NCBI GenBank assembly: GCA_963707025.1
Contig: CAVPOM010000018.1
Location: forward strand, 672,001 to 736,000
DNA length: 64,000 nt
DNA from: an uncultured Verrucomicrobiae bacterium
GTDB lineage: Bacteria > Verrucomicrobiota > Verrucomicrobiia > Limisphaerales > Palsa-1400
Direction: 5' to 3'
The translations under genes were made by a program, and so were the position numbers. Below, one piece after another: positions 9,914-21,254 of the stretch. Positions within the stretch are counted from its first letter, which is position 1, and each line of letters opens with the position of its first letter. The notes under the pieces are model-generated. The model made no database searches and was not told the DNA's origin. It saw only the letters and a list, made by a program, of their open reading frames with translations.

Positions 9914-11940
9914 ACACCGTGGTCGTCATCGCCCCGCAGCCCGACCTGACCGCCGCCGTGCGCGCCGCCCTGGATCCTGCCCTCTACCAGTTGATCCAGC
10001 AGGCCGAATTAACCGAGGATGAAATGCGGCTCTCGGCCACCTCGATTGACGCGTGCATTTGCGAGGCGGATTTGACGACGGTGGAGCCCATCCGCACCAT
10101 CAAGCGTCTGCGCCGGATACTGCCTCATTGTCCCTTGATCCTTTACGCCGCCGCCCCGGGCCAGGAGTGGGAAGAGGAGGCCTACATTTTGGGGGCCAGC
10201 CAAATCCTGGCCAAGCCGGTGCGGGCACCTTTGCTCAATGCGGTGCTGGGGCGTCTGTTGGCCGACAAAGCCGCGCTGGAACATGCGCCCGCCGACCCCC
10301 CCCATCGGGCCGAGGCGCGGCCCGCGGCCGAAGCGAGCCAAATCCCGTCGCCCACCCTGGAATTGTTGCGCAATTACTCCTCCATTCTGCTGCACGATCT
10401 GAATGCCGAATCATTGCTCAAGGAGTTTTTGATCTCGCTGCGCAAGATCATCGGCGTCAACCGGGCGGCCATTTTCCTGCGCCAGCCGGCCGGGTCGCTG
10501 ACGGACACGCCGGAGCCGGTGGGGGCGCGGCGCCTGCACTCGGCGTGCGCCATCGGGCTGGCCCCGGGCCTGCTGGAACATTTTGAATTGTCGCTGGAAT
10601 CGGGCATCGGGGGTCATCTGTTCCGGCACGGGCGGATTTTGCGCTGCGAAAGCCCGGAGGCGGAGCGCGACTCGCAGATGCGCAAGGAATTCGATCTGTT
10701 GAGCGCGCAGGTGGCCATTCCGGTGCTGGACCGGGAATCGCTGGTGGGGGTGGCGGTGTTTGACGGGCACGTCACTGGGGAGAGCCTGAGCAAGGAGGAA
10801 TTGCAACTGGTCTTCCATCTGCTGGAACAACTGGGCCAATCTGTCAAGAACATCTGGTTGCACGACCAGATTGCGTCCGACCACGACATGATGTCGGACA
10901 TCCTGCATCAATTCAGCAGCGGCTGCGTGGTGGTGGGCCGGGATTTGACCGTGCTCCATGCCAACGAGATGGCGCGGAACTGTTTCCCCGGGCCGGACGC
11001 GCTCCGGGGGCGATGGAATTCAGCGATCTGCCCCAGGCCATCGGCAGCCGGGTTTTTGAAGTGCTGCGCACCGGGGGGACCATGCCGGCCTATCGCTTTC
11101 AGCCTGCCGGGCATGCCGGACAAGCGTTATCTGGTCACCGCCACCCCTTTCAAAAAGCGGCAATCGGCCGTGCCCAACGCGGTGCTGCTGACCATCGAAG
11201 ATTGCAGCCAGACCGACCGCCTGCGGCAATTGGAAGTGGAGACGGCCAATTTGCGGCTGGTGCAGGAAATGGCGGAGCGGCTGGCCCATGAAATCGGCAA
11301 CGCGGTGCTGCCCATCTCCACCCACCAGCAATTGTTGAAAGAGCGCATAGATGATCCCGACTTCCAGCAGTCGCTGGCCGACGCCTTGCAGGAGGGCGTT
11401 AAGCGCGTCTCCCGGCTGGTCAGCCAGATGCGCTATCTGGCGCGCGACCGCATGGAACTGGTCGAACCGGTGTCGGTGAAACAATTGATCGAAGAAGCCT
11501 TCCGCGAAGCCCGTTCCTATCATCCGGCCAGCACGGTCCTGTTGCATTTCGAGTCCAACGAGATGCTGACGGTGGCGTGCGACCGGGTGGGCCTGCAGCA
11601 CGCCTTTGCCGAAATCATTTTGAATGCGCTCCAGGCCAACACCCAGTCCTGCCAGGTGCGGGTCCGTTCCAAGTCTGAAACCGATGCCAGCGGCTCGCGC
11701 TGGGCGCGCATTGAGGTGCAGGACAGCGGGGCGGGATTCAGCGCCGAGGCGGCGGACAAGGCCTCGCGGCCGTTTTTCACCACGCGCAACGTGGGCCTGG
11801 GCCTGGGGCTGGCTGTCACCAATAAAATCATCCAGACGCACAGCGGCAAGCTGGAAATCCCGCCGCCCCAGGACGGGCAGCCCGGTTTGGTGCGCATCTC
11901 CCTGCCCCTGGCCCCCGTGCCCAGCCTGCCGCAGAATTGA
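9910..11940 (+). CDS. Cytoplasmic histidine kinase (degenerate REC-GAF-PAS-HisKA-HATPase)
   Basis: ATGA overlap with the upstream kinase; REC-like N-terminus; LAHEIGNAV, DSGAGF, GLGLGL; apparent compensating frameshifts at about 10990-11105. Confidence 0.85.
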   Translation: MNTVVVIAPQPDLTAAVRAALDPALYQLIQQAELTEDEMRLSATSIDACICEADLTTVEPIRTIKRLRRILPHCPLILYAAAPGQEWEEEAYILGASQILAKPVRAPLLNAVLGRLLADKAALEHAPADPPHRAEARPAAEASQIPSPTLELLRNYSSILLHDLNAESLLKEFLISLRKIIGVNRAAIFLRQPAGSLTDTPEPVGARRLHSACAIGLAPGLLEHFELSLESGIGGHLFRHGRILRCESPEAERDSQMRKEFDLLSAQVAIPVLDRESLVGVAVFDGHVTGESLSKEELQLVFHLLEQLGQSVKNIWLHDQIASDHDMMSDILHQFSSGCVVVGRDLTVLHANEMARNCFPGPDALRGRWNSAICPRPSAAGFLKCCAPGGPCRPIAFSLPGMPDKRYLVTATPFKKRQSAVPNAVLLTIEDCSQTDRLRQLEVETANLRLVQEMAERLAHEIGNAVLPISTHQQLLKERIDDPDFQQSLADALQEGVKRVSRLVSQMRYLARDRMELVEPVSVKQLIEEAFREARSYHPASTVLLHFESNEMLTVACDRVGLQHAFAEIILNALQANTQSCQVRVRSKSETDASGSRWARIEVQDSGAGFSAEAADKASRPFFTTRNVGLGLGLAVTNKIIQTHSGKLEIPPPQDGQPGLVRISLPLAPVPSLPQN

Positions 11941-11972
11941 GCGGAGCCGGGCGCCTGAGCAACGCGCCCGCG

Positions 11973-13141
11973 TCAATTTCCTTTCCACCATGTCCGGATG
12001 TCATCCGCGGCCTGATGCGCGAGCGAAGGGAGGCTCCGAACCGCCTCGCGCAATTCCGGGAAAAAATGGACGGCCAGCCACAGGAGGGCGGCGGCGACCG
12101 CGAGCCAGACCACCGCATCCAAAAGAAACACGAAGGACCAGGCCCAGTTCGACCGTCCCAAACCGCGATGGCAGGCGCGCTCGCGCCACTTTCAGCGGAC
12201 CCACGAGAATGCCGTAGGCGACGAACAGCAGCAGCGCCGCGACCCACACCGGCACGTTCGCCAGGCAGGGCCAAGCCCGAACACGGTGCCGGTCGCCAGC
12301 AGCGAGACCATGGCGCAGATCCACAGGACATTCGCCGCGCCGTGCAGCAACGAGAGCAAGGGCAGCGCGAAGCCCATCCCGGGATGAACGGGGGCATGCT
12401 CCGCCCAATAGCTATGCCAATTATAGCCGCCACTGGTCCGCGTTCGCCCGCATTTCCTGCCGGAACCGGCGCTTCCATTCCCGGCGCGCCTTGCGGTCCG
12501 GGAAGCCTTTCATCGCCTCGTAATAGCCTTCTTTCGCGCGCCGGATGAATTCCTGCGCCGTCGATGGGGCGCCGGACGCCGCCGCCTTTTCTTCCGGCGA
12601 CCGCGCCTCGGGCACGACGAATCGACCATCACCAGATAGACGAGCAAGCCGGTGCCCCAAAGCATCGTCAAAAGAACGAAGGCCAGCCGCACGAGGGTGG
12701 GATCAATGTTCAGATAGGCGGCGATCCCGTTGCAGACGCCGGCGATCATCGCGCCCTCGTGGATCCGATACAGCCGCCTGGGCGGCCCGCTGTGTCCGGC
12801 CGTTTGTTCTTCTCCCGCCGTCTCCTGTCCGCTCGCGCCGCCGGGGCGCCGGCGCCGCTGGCGCCCGGGTCCGCGGCTTCGCCCGAGTCCGCCTCGATCG
12901 GCCCCATCTCCGCCAGGACCGCGGCCACTTCCTTGGTCTCGACCACCGTCTTGTCACTGCCCAACAGCGCGCGGAACTTCTCCGCGATCGCCCGCTCGAT
13001 GTCCGAAAGAATTTCATCCCGATCCGGGTTGCGCTGCAGCCGCGCGGCCGCGGTTTCCAGATAGGCGCGCAGGGCATCATAGCCGCCTTCTTCGAGCTGA
13101 TAGGCGGTGCCGCCCAGATTGATCGTGATAACCTTGTTCAT
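11973..13141 (-). pseudogene. pspC: PspC-domain membrane protein, frameshifted (probably assembly indels)
   Basis: MNKVITINLGG...ILSDIERAIAE N-terminus and MIAGVCNGIAAYLNIDPTLVRLAFV PspC motif fall in different frames; TM C-terminus ends at 11973. Confidence 0.75.
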
Positions 13142-13156
13142 GGTGTTGTCTCCGTT

Positions 13157-13483
13157 TTATTTCTGTCCCAGTTTTTTCACCGTCCCGTTGATTTTGCCCC
13201 AATACTCCAGCGTTTCGCGCAGTTGCTCCCGGCCTTTCGCGGTCAGCTGGTAATATTTGCGGGGCGGCCCGGCCTCGGATTCCTTCCATTCGTAATCCAG
13301 GAGCCCTTCGCGGCGCATCTTGCTCAGCAACGGATAGAGCGTGCCTTCCTGGGTGGCGAATTCGGTCGCGCTCAACTGTTTCAAGATGTCCGCCACATAG
13401 ACCTTTTCCGCCGCAATGATCTGGAGCAAGAGCAACTCGAGCAGACCCTTCCGGATCGCGGAAAATTTTTCATTCACGCTCAT
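13157..13483 (-). CDS. PadR-family transcriptional regulator
   Basis: RKGLLELLLL...EGTLYPLLSKM...GPPRKYYQLT; directly upstream of the pspC-like gene. Confidence 0.92.
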   Translation of the reverse strand: MSVNEKFSAIRKGLLELLLLQIIAAEKVYVADILKQLSATEFATQEGTLYPLLSKMRREGLLDYEWKESEAGPPRKYYQLTAKGREQLRETLEYWGKINGTVKKLGQK

Positions 13484-13500
13484 CGTTAAAATATCGAGCA

Positions 13501-13527
13501 AGCTACCTTTTTGTATACAAGGTAGCT
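13501..13527. promoter_or_regulatory. Inverted repeat, candidate PadR operator
   Basis: AGCTACCTT-N9-AAGGTAGCT just upstream of the padR start. Confidence 0.55.
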
Positions 13528-13556
13528 GGTCATCCAAAAGGCGTCAAGGGGAAAGT

Positions 13557-14315
<759 letters not shown>

Positions 14316-16091
14316 TTAGGAATTGGCAAACAAACCCGGCGCGGCCAATTTGGCCAGCGCCTGCGACCGGGCCAAGATTTCCTGTCCGGATTCACAGTTC
14401 AAGGAAAAATCGGCCAAGGCCCTGGCATCCTCCATTTTGAGCTGGCGGATCAAGGCTTTCACCTGCGGCACCAGCGAGGGCGCCGTGCTCAACTCGTCCA
14501 CGCCCAATCCCAGCAACAGCGGAGTCAGCGCCGGGTCGCTGGACATTTCCCCGCACAAGCCGCACCAGATGCCGGCGCGGTGCGCGGCGTCGGCCGTCCA
14601 TTTGATCAGGCGCAGGACAGCGGGATGGGTCGGCTGGTAAAGATGGGCGATTTTTTCGTTCAAGCGGTCCACCGCCAGGGAATACTGGATCAAATCGTTG
14701 GTGCCCAGGCTGAAGAACTGGCACCGCCGGGCCAGGGCGTCGGCCGCCAGGGCGGCGGAGGGGATTTCAATCATGGCGCCGGCGTGGATTTTGGGATCGA
14801 AGGGAATATTCTCCCGGCGCAATTCGGCCTTGTATTCCTCCAGCAGGGCGTTGGCCTGTTCCAACTCGCCCAGGCCGGAGATCATGGGATACATGAGCTT
14901 GACGTTCTCTTCCGTGCTGGCGCGGAGAATGGCGCGGAGTTGGGCGCGGAAAATATCGCGTTCCTCCAGGCAAAAGCGGATGGCGCGCCAGCCCAAAAAG
15001 GGGTTCATCTCGACCGGGAGCTTGAGATGGGAAGGGAATTTGTCGCCGCCCAAATCCAGGGTGCGGATGATGACCGGATGCGGTTTCAGGGCGGCGGCCA
15101 ACTGGCGATAAACCTGGAACTGCTCCTCCTCGGTGGGAAGGGACTCGCGGTTGATGAACAAGTACTCGGTGCGGAACAGGCCGACGCCATCGGCTCCGTG
15201 AAACTTGACGGCCTCCAGGTCGCCGATTTGTTCAATGTTGGCGGAGAGGACGATTTTCTTTCCATCCAGCGTGACGGCGGGGAGGAATTGCAACTCGTGC
15301 AATTTATCCTCCAGGGAGACGCGGCGCTTGCTCAATTGCCCGTACTCGAACAAGGTCTGCTCGGAGGGATTGACAATGACCAGCCCGCGGTAACCATCCA
15401 GCAGGGCGTGGGCGCCGCTCTGGATTTTCTGGCTGGCCGCCTGCAATCCCACCACGGCGGGAAGTTGCAGGGAACGGGCCATGATGGCGCTGTGCGAAGT
15501 CTTGCTCCCCACGTCGGTGCCGAAGCCCAGGGTGTTCTTGCGATTGAGCAGGGCCACATCCGAGGGGGGCAAATCTTCCGCGATCAAAATGCACGGCTCC
15601 TGCAGGGGCGGCGGCTCGTGGCGCGGGCGGCGGCCCAGCAAATTATCCAGGATGCGCGAGGTGACATCGCGCATGTCGGCGGCGCGTTCCTGCAAATAGG
15701 CGTCGTTGATGGCGCGCAGGGTGGCCTGATATTTCTCGGCAAATTGGTGGAAGGCGGCCTCCACGTTGATTTTTTTCTGATAAATCAGTTGCGTGACCGA
15801 ATCAATCAGCGTGGGATCTTCCAGCACCAGGAGATGGGCGTCGAAGATGCTGGCGTCCTTGGCGTTCAAGGCCTGGCTGACCTGCCGTTGCACCTCCATG
15901 ATTTGCTGGCGGGTCTCCAGCAGCGCCTGTTGCAGCCGTTGCACCTGGGCGGGCAGGTCTGCTTCCGCCACCTCATATTGCGGCACCTCCACCGCGGCGG
16001 GATGCAGGACCAGCACCTTCCCGTGGCAAACTCCGGCGGAGACGGCAATCCCCTTGTACACACGCTCGCCGCTTTGCGAAGGCTCAGACAT
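14316..16091 (-). CDS. ptsI: PEP-protein phosphotransferase (PTS enzyme I)
   Basis: TSHSAIMARS phospho-His motif, GVGLFRTEYL, IRTLDLGGDK, NPFLGWRAIR, GTNDLIQY. Confidence 0.95.
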   Translation of the reverse strand: MSEPSQSGERVYKGIAVSAGVCHGKVLVLHPAAVEVPQYEVAEADLPAQVQRLQQALLETRQQIMEVQRQVSQALNAKDASIFDAHLLVLEDPTLIDSVTQLIYQKKINVEAAFHQFAEKYQATLRAINDAYLQERAADMRDVTSRILDNLLGRRPRHEPPPLQEPCILIAEDLPPSDVALLNRKNTLGFGTDVGSKTSHSAIMARSLQLPAVVGLQAASQKIQSGAHALLDGYRGLVIVNPSEQTLFEYGQLSKRRVSLEDKLHELQFLPAVTLDGKKIVLSANIEQIGDLEAVKFHGADGVGLFRTEYLFINRESLPTEEEQFQVYRQLAAALKPHPVIIRTLDLGGDKFPSHLKLPVEMNPFLGWRAIRFCLEERDIFRAQLRAILRASTEENVKLMYPMISGLGELEQANALLEEYKAELRRENIPFDPKIHAGAMIEIPSAALAADALARRCQFFSLGTNDLIQYSLAVDRLNEKIAHLYQPTHPAVLRLIKWTADAAHRAGIWCGLCGEMSSDPALTPLLLGLGVDELSTAPSLVPQVKALIRQLKMEDARALADFSLNCESGQEILARSQALAKLAAPGLFANS

Positions 16092-16394
16092 GGCCAATAC
16101 TTAACGCCAAACCAACCCGTTGCAAAGCAATTCTTCGCAATTTTTCGGATGACACCGTGGTTGGGTGGCGGCGCCGAAGCCTCCGTGGCTGGGGACCACA
16201 GAAAGAGACCTTGATTAGGCGATGATGCGGGACCGGGTTACCGACGATGAGCTTGCACTGGAGGGCCAGAGGAGTGAACATCGGTGCGGCCGGGTCCTCG
16301 GTGAAGCTGTCGCGCCATGCGGGAAGAAAACGATAAAATGCGATTATGCGGGACCCGTTTATGGCTCGTTTAAAGAACCCAGCATCGAAGCGAT

Positions 16395-17558
16395 ATGACA
16401 ACACTAAACATTGAGAATCTGGGCCAGATAAAAGAAGCCAATTTAACCTTTGGCGACCTCACCGTGCTGGTTGGCCCGCAAGCCTCTGGCAAAAGCATCG
16501 CTCTGCAACTTCTGAAGCTGATGGTGGACGCTGGCCACGTGCAGGCGGAACTAGGCCGTTATGGTCTGGATTGGTCGGGCAATCTGCCGGAGTTTTTGGA
16601 TGTCTATTTTGGCGAAGGGATGCGCTCCATCTGGCGGCCACACGGCACATCGGTTGAGTGGGATGGAAGAGCGATTGATCTGCCCAAGTTGGCGGCCCGC
16701 AAGCGGAAGAGCAAGGTGGAGTCGCTGTTTTTCATCCCGGCCCAGCGGGTCCTGGCCTTGCGTGATGGCTGGCCTCGCCCCTTCACGGATTACACCCCTG
16801 GCGACCCATTTGCCGTGCGCGAGTTCAGCGAAAAACTGCGGGTTTTGGTGGAGCAGGAATTTGGCGCAAGTGGCGACCTCTTCCCGCAAGAACGGCGTTT
16901 GAAAAGAGAGTTCCGGGAATTGCTCCAAATGCATGTGTTTTCTGATTTTCATCTGAAAGTGGACAAGTTTCGCTCGCAAAAGCGGCTCGTGCTCGGAGCC
17001 GGTCCGGACGCGGAGTCCCTGCCCTATATGGTTTGGTCGGCGGGCCAGCGCGAGTTTGTGCCGCTACTGCTCGGCCTCTATTGGTTGATGCCTGCCACGA
17101 AAGTTTCAAGACGTGGTGACATCAAATGGGTGGTTTTGGAAGAGTTGGAAATGGGTCTGCATCCGCGAGCGATCTCGGTTGTCATCTTACTGGTTTTTGA
17201 ACTCATGGCTCGTGGTTATCGCGTCTGTCTGTCCACCCATTCGACGCAGGTATTGGATGCTGTTTGGGCGCTGAAACACTTGCGGGAGAACCATGCCGGT
17301 GCCGATGCCCTGCTCAATATCTTCGGAGCGTCCAACAGCCAGCCCATGCAAAAACTGGCCGGTACCGTGATGGAGAGGGAGGTGAGAGTGGTTTACTTCA
17401 ACCGGGAGACCGGGCGAACCAGCGACATTTCCAACCTGGACCCGTCAGCCGAAGGCGAAGGAGAAGGCGGCTGGGGCGGGCTCTCCGAGTTCAGCGGGCG
17501 GGCGAATCAGGCCGTGGCGCGGGCTGTGGCGAATGCAGAACAGGAGGGAGTGACGTGA
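16395..17558 (+). CDS. ABC/AAA-type ATPase (AAA_15/AAA_21-like), no TM domains
   Basis: Walker A VGPQASGKS, signature WSAGQ, Walker B VVLEELEMGLHP, H-loop STHS. Confidence 0.85.
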   Translation: MTTLNIENLGQIKEANLTFGDLTVLVGPQASGKSIALQLLKLMVDAGHVQAELGRYGLDWSGNLPEFLDVYFGEGMRSIWRPHGTSVEWDGRAIDLPKLAARKRKSKVESLFFIPAQRVLALRDGWPRPFTDYTPGDPFAVREFSEKLRVLVEQEFGASGDLFPQERRLKREFRELLQMHVFSDFHLKVDKFRSQKRLVLGAGPDAESLPYMVWSAGQREFVPLLLGLYWLMPATKVSRRGDIKWVVLEELEMGLHPRAISVVILLVFELMARGYRVCLSTHSTQVLDAVWALKHLRENHAGADALLNIFGASNSQPMQKLAGTVMEREVRVVYFNRETGRTSDISNLDPSAEGEGEGGWGGLSEFSGRANQAVARAVANAEQEGVT

Positions 17559-18028
17559 CCATAAGGAACGCGGCAGCGCAAACGCCCCATTTGCGGGGGG
17601 CTTGGAAACCGGGCTTGGGAGCCTTGCGGGCACAGGACAAGCCACATGTTGCGGCTCAGGATCCTCGCAAGCTCACCGGTAGCGCAGACCTGGACGCCGC
17701 CCTTCAGAGGCACGAGCCAAACGCGCATCGGTGGGATTTCGCCATTGGCTATGCGCACATCAACCGAAGATTGGAGTGCATTTACTGGGTGGAAATCCAC
17801 ACCGCCAGCGACAGAGAGGTGCGGGTGGTTCTTGACAAGTTGCGCTGGTTGAAACAATGGCTTAACCGCGACGGCCATAGATTGGCTGAGTTCGAACGTG
17901 ATTTTATCTGGGTTTCCAGCGGAGCCACTTCCTTTACTTTAAGTTCCCCGCAGCAAAAGCAGTTCGCGGTTCTGGGACTCCAACACAAGGGGCGAGTCTT
18001 GCGAATTCCAGATGAGCGAGACGTTTGA
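17555..18028 (+). CDS. Hypothetical protein, possible restriction-endonuclease-like fold
   Basis: GTGA overlap with the ATPase stop; RWDFAIGY...YWVEIH acidic motif. Confidence 0.7.
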   Translation: MTIRNAAAQTPHLRGAWKPGLGALRAQDKPHVAAQDPRKLTGSADLDAALQRHEPNAHRWDFAIGYAHINRRLECIYWVEIHTASDREVRVVLDKLRWLKQWLNRDGHRLAEFERDFIWVSSGATSFTLSSPQQKQFAVLGLQHKGRVLRIPDERDV

Positions 18029-18265
18029 TTCAAGGATTCCGGTCATAAGCAGTCTCGAAAATGAACCGGCCCGCCATTCGGCGTGTGATGACCCGTCATC
18101 GTCCCTATCACCGTCGGCTGGAGCACGCCCCTCTCGCTAAGCCTCTCCACTTCGTGGGGGAATTGGCAAACCCCATGGTGGGAGCGTCGAGATGCGCCGC
18201 TGGGAGTTGCATGTCATCATTTGTCTTGAAAAGGGGGGCGCGGGATTTATGGTTGAAAGTCAACT

Positions 18266-19945
18266 ATGAACATTCCCCTCCTTCCAGCCAGGACCGCTGA
18301 AAAATGGATGACAGCACTGTGCGCGATGGTTCTGCTGGCCGGCGGAGTGGTCCGCGCCCAAACCACCCAAATCCGCCTCAACACCATCGGCTTTCTGCCG
18401 GAGGAACCCAAGCAGGCGACCGTCGCCGCCGCGTGCAGCAACTTCACCGTGGTGCGCCTGAGCGACGGCCAGGCGGTCTTCCGCAATGCGGTCGCCGGCC
18501 CGCGCCACAATCCGGACACGGAGGAGGAGCTGTACACGGCCGATTTTTCCGCCCTGCGCGAATTGGGCGCCTTCCAATTGGACGTTCCCGGCGTGGGACG
18601 CTCGGCCCCGTTCCACATCGGCGGCGCCATTTACAACGAAGCCTTTTACACCGTGATGCGCGGCATGTACCTGTGGCGCTGCGGCATGGCCGTCTCCTCC
18701 ACCAACCACGGGATCGTCTATGCCCACGCCGCCTGCCACACCAACGACGCCTGGCTGGATTTCGTGGGCGGCGGCCATGTCAATACGAATGCCACCAAGG
18801 GCTGGCATGACGCGGGGGACTACAACAAATATGTGGTCAACGCGGGGGTGACGGTCGGGGTGATGCTGCGGGCCTGGGAGGACTTCGGGCCGGCCATCCG
18901 GGCCGTGGCCCTCCATCTGCCCGACGCGCGCCCCGGGACCCCGGAATACCTGACCGAAGTCCAATGGGAATTGGAGTGGCTCCTGACCATGCAGGCGGCC
19001 GACGGCTCGGTCTATCACAAGGTGTCCACCCAGGGCTTCGGCGGATTCATCCTGCCGGAGGCGGAAGAGACGCCGCGTTATTTCACGCCCTGGGGCAGCG
19101 CGGCCACGGCGCAATTTGTGGCGATGACGGCGATGGCGGCGCGGGATTACCGCCCCTTCCAACCGGACTTTGCCGAGCAATGCCTGCAGGCGGCGTGGAA
19201 AAGTTACCGCTTCCTCCAGGCCCACCCGCAAGATCATCGCGCCGACCAATCCCAGTTCACCACCGGAACCTACCAGGTCCGTGACGGCGATGGCCGCCTC
19301 TGGGCGGCGGCGGAATTGTGGGAGGCCACCGGCGACGCCGGCTGCCTGAGCGATTTCGAGACGCGGGCCCGGGCCGTCAACGGCGTTTTTGACACGCAGT
19401 GGGATTATGGCAATGTCAAGAATTTGGGCGAACTGACCTACCTCTTTTCCGCCCGCACCGGCCGGGACGAAACGCTCGCCGCCCTGCTGCGCACCAATCT
19501 GCTCGCCGCGGCTGACCGTCTCGTCAAAGCGCGCGACGCGCACGGATACGCGCGGCCGGCGGGCACGGCCTATTCGTGGGGCGGCAATGGCGTGGTGGCG
19601 CGGCAGGTCGTGCTTTTGCAGGCGGCGCACCGGCTTTCGCCCAAGCCGGAGTACGTGACGGCCAGCCTGGACGCGCTGGGGCATCTTTTTGGCCGGAATT
19701 ATTACGGGCGCTCTTTCGTGACGGGCCTCGGATTCCAGCCGCCCTTGCATCCGCACGACCGCCGCTCCGGCGCGCAGCAATTGGCGGAGCCGTGGCCGGG
19801 CTATTTGGTGGGCGGCTCGAATCCGGGGGCGATGAACTGGCAGGACGTGCAGGCCAATTACCGCGTCAACGAGATCGCGATCAACTGGAACTCGGCGCTG
19901 ATCTATGCGCTGGCCGCATTTGTCAGCGGGGCGCAGCCACACTAA
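18266..19945 (+). CDS. Secreted glycoside hydrolase family 9 with N-terminal Ig-like domain
   Basis: Signal peptide; GWHDAGDYNKY, LFGRNYYGRSFVTGLG, HPHDR, NEIAINWNSAL. Confidence 0.93.
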   Translation: MNIPLLPARTAEKWMTALCAMVLLAGGVVRAQTTQIRLNTIGFLPEEPKQATVAAACSNFTVVRLSDGQAVFRNAVAGPRHNPDTEEELYTADFSALRELGAFQLDVPGVGRSAPFHIGGAIYNEAFYTVMRGMYLWRCGMAVSSTNHGIVYAHAACHTNDAWLDFVGGGHVNTNATKGWHDAGDYNKYVVNAGVTVGVMLRAWEDFGPAIRAVALHLPDARPGTPEYLTEVQWELEWLLTMQAADGSVYHKVSTQGFGGFILPEAEETPRYFTPWGSAATAQFVAMTAMAARDYRPFQPDFAEQCLQAAWKSYRFLQAHPQDHRADQSQFTTGTYQVRDGDGRLWAAAELWEATGDAGCLSDFETRARAVNGVFDTQWDYGNVKNLGELTYLFSARTGRDETLAALLRTNLLAAADRLVKARDAHGYARPAGTAYSWGGNGVVARQVVLLQAAHRLSPKPEYVTASLDALGHLFGRNYYGRSFVTGLGFQPPLHPHDRRSGAQQLAEPWPGYLVGGSNPGAMNWQDVQANYRVNEIAINWNSALIYALAAFVSGAQPH

Positions 19946-19959
19946 CTGGAGTCATGGCT

Positions 19960-20035
19960 GGCAGGGCGAGACTCCGTCGAGCCGCGACTTTTTCCAAGGA
20001 AATCGAGTTTCGCCTCGACGGAGTCTCGCCCTGCC
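19960..20035. repeat. REP-like palindrome with 22-bp perfect arms
   Basis: GGCAGGGCGAGACTCCGTCGAG...CTCGACGGAGTCTCGCCCTGCC between convergent genes; inverted copy at 32022-32098, partial copy near 29021-29063. Confidence 0.85.
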
Positions 20036-20103
20036 GTCCTTTTTGTCGCTGACGCATTTACGGCGGATATTCCCGGCCGCGCCTCGGGTATTGTCAAGTA
20101 TAT

Positions 20104-21183
20104 TTACCGCGCGGAAAATGTATACTCCGTCGTGCTTTTGAACGTCTCCCCGGGCCGCAGCACGGTGGAAGGGAAGTTGGCATGGTGGATCGAGTCGGGA
20201 TAATGCTGCGTTTCCAGGCAGTAGGCGCGGGGATTGCCGGTGTAGAGTTGCACTGCCGGCTCGGTCGTGCGCAGTTCCATGACCCGGCCGCTCTGCGGCT
20301 CGCGCACCCGCGCCGCCAGGACCAACGAACCGCCGCCGCCGTTGATGACGAAATTGTGGTCGTAAACGCCGGCCTTGGGCTTGAGCTGGCCGGCGCGGGC
20401 GCCGAGCAGCGCCGGCACGGTGAAATCCAGCGGCGTGCCGGTGACGCTGGCGATTTGGCCCGTCGGAATCAACAGCTCGTCCGCCGGCGTGTAATGGTCC
20501 GCCGCCAGCCACAATTCATGCCCCGACACCCCGCCCGACCCGGCCAGATTGTAATATCCATGGCTGGTCAAATTCACCGGCGTGGCTTTGTCCGTGGCGG
20601 CCTCATAGTCCAGACGCAGTTGGTTGTCGTCGGTCACGGTATAGGTCACGCTGACCGTCAGATTTCCGGGATAGCCTTCCTCCCCGTCCTTGCTCAAGTA
20701 AGTCAGGCGGACGGCGGCGGCGTGTTCCCGGGCGGGCATGGGCTGGGCCTGCCAAACCACCCGGCCGAATCCTTTGACGCCGCCATGAATGGAATGGGGT
20801 CCGGCGTTGGCCGCCAATTTGTGTTCCACCCCGTCCAGAGTAAAGCGGGCGTTGGCGATGCGGTTGGCCACCCGGCCAATGACGGCGGCGGGCGATTGGA
20901 ACCCGTTCAAATAGCGCTCCAGCGAATCGGCGCCCAGCACCACGTTGGTCAAGGCCCCGTTGCGGTCGGGAATCTCCACCTCGTTGAGGATGGCGCCGTA
21001 AGTCATCACTCTGACCAGCATGCCGTGGGCATTGCGCAGGGTGAACTGTTGCACGGGCGTGCCGTCGGGCATTCTGCCAAATTCGCGCTGCTCCAGCCGC
21101 GTCAGCGTTTGGGCGTGCGCGCCCGCCGCCGCGGCCAGCAGGGCGAGAAGCATGCAGGTTGAATACCATCTGCGGGCGTGCAT
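20104..21183 (-). CDS. galM: Aldose 1-epimerase (galactose mutarotase) with signal peptide
   Basis: GRVANRIA, HGG, GEEGYPGNL, NLTSHGYYNL, YDHNF, CLETQHYPD. Confidence 0.92.
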   Translation of the reverse strand: MHARRWYSTCMLLALLAAAAGAHAQTLTRLEQREFGRMPDGTPVQQFTLRNAHGMLVRVMTYGAILNEVEIPDRNGALTNVVLGADSLERYLNGFQSPAAVIGRVANRIANARFTLDGVEHKLAANAGPHSIHGGVKGFGRVVWQAQPMPAREHAAAVRLTYLSKDGEEGYPGNLTVSVTYTVTDDNQLRLDYEAATDKATPVNLTSHGYYNLAGSGGVSGHELWLAADHYTPADELLIPTGQIASVTGTPLDFTVPALLGARAGQLKPKAGVYDHNFVINGGGGSLVLAARVREPQSGRVMELRTTEPAVQLYTGNPRAYCLETQHYPDSIHHANFPSTVLRPGETFKSTTEYTFSAR

Positions 21184-21254
21184 GAGTGAATGGTTAATGC
21201 AGCGGAGGTCTCAATGCAAACTGTAATGCGCCGGTTTGGGTGCGCAACGGATAC

